Source: a virus
Virus record (IMG/VR): IMGVR_UViG_3300028025_000092
Length of the DNA stretch: 64,000 bases
Direction: 5' to 3' (one strand)
Both the position numbers and the translations under genes were made by a program. The number at the start of each line of letters is the position of its first letter. Within the stretch, counting starts at the first letter, position 1. Under the pieces are notes generated by a model. The model did no database searches and was not told where the DNA came from. It saw only the letters and a list, made by a program, of their open reading frames with translations. Below, piece by piece: positions 30,272-39,531 of this stretch.

Positions 30272-33200
30272 ATGGCAGGTACTAAAAATTCAATAAGTTC
30301 ATTACTAGCACAGTTTCTTAGACTGCAGAAAAATTCTCTGGAGATAATAAACAAACTAAGTAATGCTACGACATCTAAGCAAGACACCGTTAATGTGGAA
30401 TTCTTGGATGATAATAATGTTACGAGTATTGTTTCAATACCTTCCTGGGGTTACATTATAAACGAAATAAAGAGATTAGATTCTAACATTAAGACCCTAA
30501 CCGGTCTAGATGATGGAAATGCTAACGTTAGAAATGCGGATGGTACTGTTTCTAGAATATACCAATCAAAGCCACTTACGGATCCTATTGCTCCTTCAAC
30601 TTTACAAGTACCTTCAAACTTTAAATTCAGAAGTAACCATTTTTTCGAGAGCTTTTTGAACCCCCTTTTATTTGTCACGTTTGATCTTGACGGTCAGGTT
30701 GATCCTGGAACCAAAAGAGTTTTTGTTAAAAGAATTATTGCAAACACCTCAACCGATGCTCAAAGAAATTATTTTGATACCAACTTAAAGGGTAGAAATG
30801 ATATTTCTGATGCTGATTACATGAACTCTCTTTTTGGTCAGGGTATAACATATACCATAGACGAAAGCCCAGAGGATCTGCCACTAAGAGTTATAAGAAA
30901 CAGAGGATCTTTTTCTGTCCTAAGAGTTTTTGATCAGACTATACCAGTTACAGTAGGTGGGCAAATCATTAATCAGAATGTAAGAAAATATAAACTTGAT
31001 ATTATATCATACAAGGATACTATATCAAGCTCAACAAACTCCGATAGACAATTAAAGATAGGAGATCTTTTAATGACATCAACTGGTAGTAAATTTGAAA
31101 TAACTAACGTTGATATTTCAGAATCTACCGTGGTATTAAAGAGGATTAATGGATATGATCCTGTACCAATCGGACTTAATGCATTAACCCTTGCTTCTGA
31201 GATGCTTTCTCCCCTACAGCTAAATGTTAATGTTGGTCACGACGAAAGACAAGCAATCTTTATAAAAGCAATCAATGACGAAAACCACGTAACAGGTTCA
31301 GCTTATAGTAATGGGGTAGTATTTCATTCAAATGAAATGCTAATAAACACCACAGACGGCACGATGAATCTTAATGACTTTTATAAAAGTCAGGTTGCAG
31401 ACTTTGGAGCACAATTTTTAGGAAACACTAAAGAAAAAGTAATTCCTTCCGTTTATGGGTTAACCCCAAATTCTCCTTCTTTAAGTGCTTCTAGTTTTAA
31501 AGTTGTACAAATCAACAAGCAAATAACGCAGACTAACACGTCAGATAAATTTGCTAACACAGTTCAGACCAAGGTTAAACTACAAAATGAAATAGATTCT
31601 ATTAATAAATCTATAGATCAAGCAAGAAGTGAGATATCTCAATTAGTTACAACATCAGTTACTAGCTCTAGCGGATCAACAAGAGAAAGCTTACTTTCTA
31701 AGATAGATTCACTAACTAAAGAAAAATCTACAAAGACTGCTTTACTACAGACTGTAATACAGGACTTAAATAATTTGACAGCAACTGCTCCTGAAATAAC
31801 GGAGGCACCTAAATATAGAATCAGAGGATTCTGGCCAATGCCATCTCCTATGACTGATGGAAAAACCGGAAATCAAGATGTTGTTCAATTTAGAGTTAGA
31901 TACAGATATTTAACAAAGCAGGGAAATTCTACATCAACAGACGAAATTAAGTTTATTGATAATGACGGGACAGAAAGAAGAGCAACATATAGCAATTGGA
32001 TAGAGTATAAAACTGACATAAGAAAAAAGGGATATGACACTATTACAAAAAAGTATTATTGGTTAGACGAAGATGTACAGAACGGAGACGTTCCTAACAT
32101 TAATCAGATCGATATACCTATTACTGCTGGTGAAAAGGTTGAAATTAAAGTTGCATCAGTCTCTGAAGCAGGTTGGCCTCTAAATCCACTTGAATCAGAT
32201 TTTTCTGCTCCTATCACTGTGGATTTTCCGGAGGAGTTTACAACAGCTAACGGGAATTCACAATACGTGGAACAAAACAAGAATGATCAGGTTTTAGTTT
32301 CCCTACAACAAGATCTATCGTCTAGAGGATTAGATTCGCATCTTTCCACAGCATTTAATAGTGGTGACAAATACTATGCACACGTATCCGATACGATTTC
32401 TTCTGGATTCTTTGATGCAACAGGAAGATCCTTAGATTTGTATCAGAAATTGCTTTCAATGGATAGAGAAATATCATCGCTAAAAGCTCTTATATCAGTT
32501 GCTAAAGGAGTTCTTTCCGTGTATGTTAAGGATAACACAGGAAATACTATTAGCGTCAAAAGAGGATCGGTTGTTGAGTTATTTACCGGGTATTATAATG
32601 AGCTTTTAGATCTTACCAACTTATCAAATTATGGAAAAATAGTTTCTTCTCTTTATACGATAGAGTTAAGAAACGATACAGCTTCACCTTTAGAATTATC
32701 ATCAGTAATTCCAGGAGGACAAAATTTAATAGCATTATCAAACACCGACCCAACAGCATCATCAGATTACAGGGATTTTAGAAAATATGATTTAACCCCT
32801 ATCTCATTAACTGGGATTAAATCAACAGATGTAACCGTAGGTTTAACAGGAGCTAATTGTTTTATCCACACATCTCCTTTCCAGTCATCAAATTCCAATT
32901 CACAATTTGTGTATTGTAGATATAAGAGTGTAGGATTTGACGAGGATCTTTATTTTGCTCCTCCTGCATCCAGTACATGGAATGAGGATACTGGAATCAG
33001 CGGCGTTCCTTTAGATTTAGGAACATTATTACCATTTAATCCTACGGGACCTTCTACCCCGGGCGTTAGCAATTCTTTTGTATGGACTGGAACATATGAT
33101 ACAATAAATCAGGTTCCTCTTGGCAATGGAAAATTAAACGAATTCTGTATACACATAGATCACCCAACGGTATCTTACGAAGCAACACAAGCTTCTCCAA

Positions 33201-33829
33201 AAATATTTAAAGAGCTAGTTAAGCCTGCACAAGGTCCAGTAGGAACAAAGGGATTTTTATATCCAGCATTTAGGCATTCTGCAGGATTTGAAGCATCAAA
33301 TACTGAGGTCTTTAGTCCTACTGTTACCAATCAAACAAAAGGATATCAACAACTTTCGTATAATAGGATCTCTAATAATAGCTATGGTGTCGGAGGGGAT
33401 AACCATTCATATCCAGAAAAGCTTGGATTTAGCCCTGATGATGAATTCTTGATAGGTAAATATTCATGTGGATCTTACCTTTATATGGCTCCTTCCAGTC
33501 ATTATCCTATACAAGTGGAGGGTTCAACATCATTAGCAGGAAAAACTCTTTCACCAGGAACTGAAAATGCAATAGTTATACCGGTTTTATTCCAGATGAG
33601 ATGTCAGGATAAACTAGGATTTGTTGGAGGATTTAGAAACAGCGGTACGATTAGAAACGTAACGTACACCAAGAAGATAGGAATAGATATTAAAGTAAGT
33701 AACGAAGAAGTATTTTCTTTTGATCTATCTATATCAGGAAGTTATACTAAATCAGCTCTAGCATCTCCGACATATTCTAATTTTAAAGACACGCTTGGAT
33801 ATAGAAGATTTGACCAACCACAACCATAA
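30272..33829 (+). CDS. virion structural protein, unknown function
   Basis: 1185-aa ORF with coiled coil and FN3/Ig-like segment. Confidence 0.55.
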   Translation: MAGTKNSISSLLAQFLRLQKNSLEIINKLSNATTSKQDTVNVEFLDDNNVTSIVSIPSWGYIINEIKRLDSNIKTLTGLDDGNANVRNADGTVSRIYQSKPLTDPIAPSTLQVPSNFKFRSNHFFESFLNPLLFVTFDLDGQVDPGTKRVFVKRIIANTSTDAQRNYFDTNLKGRNDISDADYMNSLFGQGITYTIDESPEDLPLRVIRNRGSFSVLRVFDQTIPVTVGGQIINQNVRKYKLDIISYKDTISSSTNSDRQLKIGDLLMTSTGSKFEITNVDISESTVVLKRINGYDPVPIGLNALTLASEMLSPLQLNVNVGHDERQAIFIKAINDENHVTGSAYSNGVVFHSNEMLINTTDGTMNLNDFYKSQVADFGAQFLGNTKEKVIPSVYGLTPNSPSLSASSFKVVQINKQITQTNTSDKFANTVQTKVKLQNEIDSINKSIDQARSEISQLVTTSVTSSSGSTRESLLSKIDSLTKEKSTKTALLQTVIQDLNNLTATAPEITEAPKYRIRGFWPMPSPMTDGKTGNQDVVQFRVRYRYLTKQGNSTSTDEIKFIDNDGTERRATYSNWIEYKTDIRKKGYDTITKKYYWLDEDVQNGDVPNINQIDIPITAGEKVEIKVASVSEAGWPLNPLESDFSAPITVDFPEEFTTANGNSQYVEQNKNDQVLVSLQQDLSSRGLDSHLSTAFNSGDKYYAHVSDTISSGFFDATGRSLDLYQKLLSMDREISSLKALISVAKGVLSVYVKDNTGNTISVKRGSVVELFTGYYNELLDLTNLSNYGKIVSSLYTIELRNDTASPLELSSVIPGGQNLIALSNTDPTASSDYRDFRKYDLTPISLTGIKSTDVTVGLTGANCFIHTSPFQSSNSNSQFVYCRYKSVGFDEDLYFAPPASSTWNEDTGISGVPLDLGTLLPFNPTGPSTPGVSNSFVWTGTYDTINQVPLGNGKLNEFCIHIDHPTVSYEATQASPKIFKELVKPAQGPVGTKGFLYPAFRHSAGFEASNTEVFSPTVTNQTKGYQQLSYNRISNNSYGVGGDNHSYPEKLGFSPDDEFLIGKYSCGSYLYMAPSSHYPIQVEGSTSLAGKTLSPGTENAIVIPVLFQMRCQDKLGFVGGFRNSGTIRNVTYTKKIGIDIKVSNEEVFSFDLSISGSYTKSALASPTYSNFKDTLGYRRFDQPQP

Positions 33830-33839
33830 CTATTAAAGA

Positions 33840-36800
33840 ATGGCCGAAAAAAAAGACAAATACAAATCATCGTTTGGAGTAGTAAGAGCGAATCCTAGGA
33901 TCTCTGGTAATTTAAAACTTACCGTTGATTCTGGTTCTAATATATGGCTTAACTCTATAGATTCTAATGACGAAATGTCAAAGAACGAGTATAAAGGATA
34001 TAGGATCTCACCCGACGGGGATTTTTCTCAAGATGTCTATAATTTTTTCAACAAGGGAAAAACCCCTACCAATTTTATTTTTGGTATAAAGAACGAAGAA
34101 AAACCACAGGAAACGTACACAAGTTCATTAGAACTTCAATATGATGGCTTTTATCATATGGGGGTTACCCCTTTAGTATCCGATGTTTATAATGAGGACT
34201 TTTCATACCTTGCACCAATGTGGATGGGTACGGACATTCCTAAATATTTTGTTATTTTTAGAATAGACGATCCTATTGATTTTTCATATCTGGTGAAAGT
34301 TACAACACTAGAGGTTGGAAAAAATTACAAGGTAATTGAAAATTACGGGGTGGATACATTATCACCCCAATATCAGCAATATCAGATTAAATCAGACGGT
34401 GTTACGTATTCAGCCGGAACTATTTTTATTGCAACCCAAACAAATTTTACAACGGTATCAGGAAATGGTAGTGTTATACTTCTTGATGGTAATTATAATA
34501 AACAATTTGTAGGTGATATACAGGATCATTTTGTAGACAATATACTTCCTAAGTCATCCATCGTAGCAACTTTTTCCCTGCAGGGTGATACTAAAATAGG
34601 AAAATACATTAGAAAAATCCAAGCAAATGCAAATTACACCCAATCTCTGATTGATGTAAAATTTGAACAGAATTCTCTTAGCACATATAACGGGGTTTCT
34701 ATTAAAGATGGTGTATACACTAAAAAGGGAGAATATCTAAATTCTAATTTTATTAGTGATTCCACTGTAATAGAATTAGATCAGATAATCACTGACGGAT
34801 TTAAAAGAAATGATATAATATCATATAATCTTTTAAATCTTGAGTTTTTATTTACCGATGAAAATGCAGATCTTTACACAATAAATAGATATTATGGATT
34901 CTATGTTGATGATATACCTACCGGAAATTTTAAACTCTCGGGTGAATCTTTCTACCAAAACTCTTTAACTGAAGGAAATTTCCCAGAACCTAAATCTGCT
35001 ACACAGATCTCGGAGAAAATGACTTCATCTTTTTATCAAACTAACGAGAATGGACTTAAATTATTTATAGATCCAGCATCTAGATGGGGATATCTCCCAA
35101 CTTCTGATGATGTCCACATTAATGATAGATTAAAGGTATTTTATGTAAAAGATAAAAACCACAATTTCCATTCTTATAAGCAGGTTAAAGATTATCAGAA
35201 TTCTGCAACGGATAATGACAAATGGGGAACAGGCACGTCATCTGAAGATGTGATAGTTCTTAAAGATAAAATAGTAGATCTTTCTATTTTTTCTGGTCCA
35301 GATAGAACAAAAACCAAAGAATACAAGGGGATTTTAACAGGAACAGGAGGTAGATCGTATTCTACTATTAAAATAACTGACGAACTTACCCCTAATGATG
35401 CAATAGTTCTATATCATCCCTTTGGAGAAAATTCAACAACCAACAGAAGATATGATTATTTTGTTGCTTCCGATTTAACCTATGTTAAACCTGGATGGGG
35501 TCCGGGAAGTTCTAGTGACGAAGGTGGAGCTTATTACTTCCACCCGTTTGGTACTAACGATGAAATAGCATTGGCTATTACTAACGTTTTAAATAGTGTT
35601 AATTATAAATCTTATAGGGCGTTTAATTCCGGAAATGAAATTATTATTAGAACGGAGGGGAGTGACCGCAGAAATGATGGAATGTTCTCTCTTTTTATAT
35701 ACAAAGATTTCTACAACAAATCTTCATTCGTCGATGCTGAAAAAATTTATTTTAATGATATTGATGGCAAAGATTTAACTGACGTTTTAGATTTTGTCGG
35801 TGGATCTGAATATACTAATACCAGAATTAAAATTACAAATATAGATGCTAGCAAAATTTCAATAGATAAAAGCTACGTCAGAACTAATTTTGGATTTTCT
35901 AAGATCAGATTTATAGGAAAATGCATAGACTATGATCCCACTGAAATAGAATTCGATCGTATAAAAGATTATGATACACATTCTATAGTAGAGATAGAAA
36001 ATAACACACACACAATATTAGTAGGATCCAACAGTACGATTGTAGCTGAGGAACTAATCAATGTAGAGACCGGGGTATTTTCAATATACGGACTTAAGGA
36101 TCTTGATGTAGATTTTTGGACTAGCAACTATGGCAAAACCCCAACCGAAGAATATTATAGATATATTGACGTTCAGCCTGATGGTATAACACCTATTATA
36201 CAAGGAATAGACTATGCCGTAGCTTTAGGTGCTACTGTTGAATATATGGGTACTTCTTACGGTCAAGGAGCTACTGCCGGATTTATTTTTAGAGGAGGAA
36301 CAAATCCTGCTTATACATTAACCCAATCATCTAACACATCAAGATCAAATGTGGTTCCTGCTCCTTTTGTTAATTCCATAACGAATGCACAATCGGGAAT
36401 AAACGATCCTTTGGTTGATATTGATAAATTCCCGGGGTTTTTAGGGTTACAGGATATTAAATTTTTGAACGATACATCCTCAATATTAACCAAGAGAGAC
36501 CAAATGTATTTTGGCAAGGTTGATAGTGAATATGATGTATTAAAGGAAAATTATATAAGGAACCTTTCTAACGTATCTAGGGTCATTCCATATGTCACTA
36601 AATGGGTGTATCAGGGAGGAATAGATGTTAGAGGAAACGATTATAGATTAAATTCTAGCCCAGCATTTACCCCTCTTAATTTTTCTCCTAGTTTTTTCAG
36701 CCCAGGAAGAGATCCTTTATATTTTACTAATGAGTGGTATCTATTAGAAAATCCACCAATATTAGCAACCCAAAAATTAATTTCTGATACTAATAGCTAT

Positions 36801-39500
36801 TGCACAGGAAGTATATCATTAACATCTTTGAGAAATGCTGATCCGTCCGAGGAGGATTATTTTGTTAACTATTTTACAGTAGACGGAAATGATTATTATA
36901 ATTTAGATACAGTTAAATTTAGCGAAATAAAAAGCAAGGTTGCAGATCAGAGATATACATATTTTTCATATGATTCTGCATCTGGATTTTCTGAAACCCT
37001 ATTTAGAGGTGTTAAGGTTAGAATTAAAGAAAGAACTGACACGTCTTTAAAAACAAAAGAGAGAAATCTATTTAAATCTGGAGATCAGAAATTTAAGGGA
37101 TATAAATTTTCTTGTATTCTTAAATCAATAGATGACCCAGATCCATACTCCGTAACATCACCTGTCACATTTGATGTAATTCAAAATGACACGTTTAAAA
37201 GTGTTACTCTAGCTATTACTATCATTAACAACGATTTAAGATTTGTTAATTTCAAAAGTCTCTCTGATGCTTTATATAGCACAAATCCAGATGCCAATGC
37301 TTTGTTTGCTACCGCCACAGGATCCTGGTATTATAATCCTACCGGTATTTACGGTGGATCTGATTATTTTGGATTATACTCTATCAGTAACAAATATAGA
37401 CATTCAGTAACGGGGAGCTTATCACTATCTGAAAGAGCCAAATTATTGGGGGGAGTTGAAAAAATTTCATCTACAATAGGTGATGTTAAATTAAGCTCCG
37501 GATTAAACGTAACCACTAGAGCAACTATAGGAATATCACCCTACGTCGGTTTTGATAGTTTTAATGGAACCGGAATAATTCCTATAGCAGTTAACGGAGG
37601 GTATGATACGGATTTAAGGGAGGAGGTTAAATTCTTTTCTCCATCAACCCCTGTTTCTGGTGCTTCTACTAGACCTTCTTCCTTTAGAGATCAGTATACA
37701 CTATTCTCTCCTAAACCTAATGATCCTGGTCAGTACTGGCAAAAAATACCTTGGCCTACTGGTGCGGGTAAAAACTATTTAAACTTTAATGAAGTTACTA
37801 GTGTTTCTTCTTATTCGTTTGACTTTACCAATTTAGGATATAGTCCTCCTTTATTCACAAAAGTTCCTGTTGCTATTTCATACAATACAATTGAAAATAA
37901 ATCCGTGTATCAATTCTCAGCTGGAGAAAATTACTGGGAATCTGTTTTTAGTAAAATATCTTTTCCTGAAATTTATAAACTTTTTTCTGACGATAACGGG
38001 TATATTAATTACACAAGATCTTATTGGGATTCTTCTAAATTATTAACGGTCACAGAAAATGATACGTATGTTTTAGAATTTATTAAACCATCGTCATTTA
38101 TCCAGAACTCAAGAAAAATCCCTCTTGAAGATAATTTTAAACCCGAAAAATATTCTAATACTTTAGTGGGATATCAACTTATAGAAGAGAATAGTGTTAC
38201 TGAATTTTTTAGATATGGCGGGGGTTATTCTCCTAAGTTCGTTGATGTACTTCCTTTCTCTAACATTAAAGATGATTATTTAAGTTCTGATAGGAACAAT
38301 ACGAATTCGCTAGACGTTACGGTTTCCCTCAGAGAAAAAGTAAAAGGTGATTCTAAATTTTACGGGGTTGGATCAAATTATGAGATATTAATAGATGGAT
38401 CTCCTAGAAAAAAATTAAGACTCGTCAGAGGAAACACATATAATTTTATTTTTGATAATTTCCGTTCTACTTTACATACACCATCATTTCCTATAAAGAA
38501 AAATTTTGTAATATCTTTAGTAGAAAACTCTGGTGATCTACAAAATTTATATACTACAAAATACACACTAGGAACATCTAGTTCCACTTTTACTGTTCCT
38601 GAAAACGTACAGAATGAAATATACTACGAGCTAGAGGGTGAGAACTTTTCCGGTGGTTCCGCTACAGTGGTTGAAAGTTTAAAATACAAAAACACAACAT
38701 TTGGTATAGAAAAAGATTCATTCGGAACTATTAAAAATCTAAATTTTTATAAATATGCGAAGGTGAATCCTTTTGGAATAGATCCAGAGTCTGGATACAA
38801 ACTACAATATCCTTTAATAGGTGAAACCCCAATAGATAGAAGAAATTTATTCATTTTTGAAAGTACTTGGGATGCTGGAAGGTATCAGGAATATCTTGCT
38901 CCTACCACATATCAGTATTTACCAGGAACGAAGAATATGATAGAACAAAAATCTTTCCTAGGAAGTAAGGTAATGAAAACCCCAAATCTTATAAAGGAGC
39001 CCCTACAACTTAAATATCCCTCTTCTATCAATGATGTTTTTAATGTTAATTCAGATCTTTATCCTAAGTATGAAATTATATGGGAAGAAACTGATACTGA
39101 GATAAAGGCACTTCTGTTGATCAATAGAACAGCAATAAAGCATTTCCAGAAAGGCGGGATAGACAAGAGATTTTCAGAATTGCTTGTTTCTGAGTTTGGC
39201 ATAGGTAACGACACAACATTGACTGACGATGTAGATGAATATATTAAAAATAACATTCTTCCACAATATGAAGCTAAAGAAATAGGGGTTTATATTAAAA
39301 AAATACAAATTACACCTGGTATAGATTTACAGCCAATAATCACTGACCTTTCTGACTATCAGAAGATCTCCAGCGGATTTTTAAAGTCTACCAATAACGA
39401 TATAACAAAAAAATCACCTTTAGAGTACGAATTTAGACTTAGAAAAGATCCTTCCTTTGATTATTCAGTAGCTTTCTCTTTTCTGGTCGGAAAAATATAA
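33840..39500 (+). CDS. very large virion structural protein, unknown function
   Basis: 1886-aa beta-rich ORF in the late operon. Confidence 0.55.
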   Translation: MAEKKDKYKSSFGVVRANPRISGNLKLTVDSGSNIWLNSIDSNDEMSKNEYKGYRISPDGDFSQDVYNFFNKGKTPTNFIFGIKNEEKPQETYTSSLELQYDGFYHMGVTPLVSDVYNEDFSYLAPMWMGTDIPKYFVIFRIDDPIDFSYLVKVTTLEVGKNYKVIENYGVDTLSPQYQQYQIKSDGVTYSAGTIFIATQTNFTTVSGNGSVILLDGNYNKQFVGDIQDHFVDNILPKSSIVATFSLQGDTKIGKYIRKIQANANYTQSLIDVKFEQNSLSTYNGVSIKDGVYTKKGEYLNSNFISDSTVIELDQIITDGFKRNDIISYNLLNLEFLFTDENADLYTINRYYGFYVDDIPTGNFKLSGESFYQNSLTEGNFPEPKSATQISEKMTSSFYQTNENGLKLFIDPASRWGYLPTSDDVHINDRLKVFYVKDKNHNFHSYKQVKDYQNSATDNDKWGTGTSSEDVIVLKDKIVDLSIFSGPDRTKTKEYKGILTGTGGRSYSTIKITDELTPNDAIVLYHPFGENSTTNRRYDYFVASDLTYVKPGWGPGSSSDEGGAYYFHPFGTNDEIALAITNVLNSVNYKSYRAFNSGNEIIIRTEGSDRRNDGMFSLFIYKDFYNKSSFVDAEKIYFNDIDGKDLTDVLDFVGGSEYTNTRIKITNIDASKISIDKSYVRTNFGFSKIRFIGKCIDYDPTEIEFDRIKDYDTHSIVEIENNTHTILVGSNSTIVAEELINVETGVFSIYGLKDLDVDFWTSNYGKTPTEEYYRYIDVQPDGITPIIQGIDYAVALGATVEYMGTSYGQGATAGFIFRGGTNPAYTLTQSSNTSRSNVVPAPFVNSITNAQSGINDPLVDIDKFPGFLGLQDIKFLNDTSSILTKRDQMYFGKVDSEYDVLKENYIRNLSNVSRVIPYVTKWVYQGGIDVRGNDYRLNSSPAFTPLNFSPSFFSPGRDPLYFTNEWYLLENPPILATQKLISDTNSYCTGSISLTSLRNADPSEEDYFVNYFTVDGNDYYNLDTVKFSEIKSKVADQRYTYFSYDSASGFSETLFRGVKVRIKERTDTSLKTKERNLFKSGDQKFKGYKFSCILKSIDDPDPYSVTSPVTFDVIQNDTFKSVTLAITIINNDLRFVNFKSLSDALYSTNPDANALFATATGSWYYNPTGIYGGSDYFGLYSISNKYRHSVTGSLSLSERAKLLGGVEKISSTIGDVKLSSGLNVTTRATIGISPYVGFDSFNGTGIIPIAVNGGYDTDLREEVKFFSPSTPVSGASTRPSSFRDQYTLFSPKPNDPGQYWQKIPWPTGAGKNYLNFNEVTSVSSYSFDFTNLGYSPPLFTKVPVAISYNTIENKSVYQFSAGENYWESVFSKISFPEIYKLFSDDNGYINYTRSYWDSSKLLTVTENDTYVLEFIKPSSFIQNSRKIPLEDNFKPEKYSNTLVGYQLIEENSVTEFFRYGGGYSPKFVDVLPFSNIKDDYLSSDRNNTNSLDVTVSLREKVKGDSKFYGVGSNYEILIDGSPRKKLRLVRGNTYNFIFDNFRSTLHTPSFPIKKNFVISLVENSGDLQNLYTTKYTLGTSSSTFTVPENVQNEIYYELEGENFSGGSATVVESLKYKNTTFGIEKDSFGTIKNLNFYKYAKVNPFGIDPESGYKLQYPLIGETPIDRRNLFIFESTWDAGRYQEYLAPTTYQYLPGTKNMIEQKSFLGSKVMKTPNLIKEPLQLKYPSSINDVFNVNSDLYPKYEIIWEETDTEIKALLLINRTAIKHFQKGGIDKRFSELLVSEFGIGNDTTLTDDVDEYIKNNILPQYEAKEIGVYIKKIQITPGIDLQPIITDLSDYQKISSGFLKSTNNDITKKSPLEYEFRLRKDPSFDYSVAFSFLVGKI

Positions 39501-39504
39501 GGGA

Positions 39505-39516
39505 GATATATATAAA
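39505..39516 (+). promoter_or_regulatory. late-type promoter GATATATATAAA
   Basis: Intergenic, before the tail fibre gene. Confidence 0.65.
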
Positions 39517-39531
39517 AACTAATAGAGCGAG

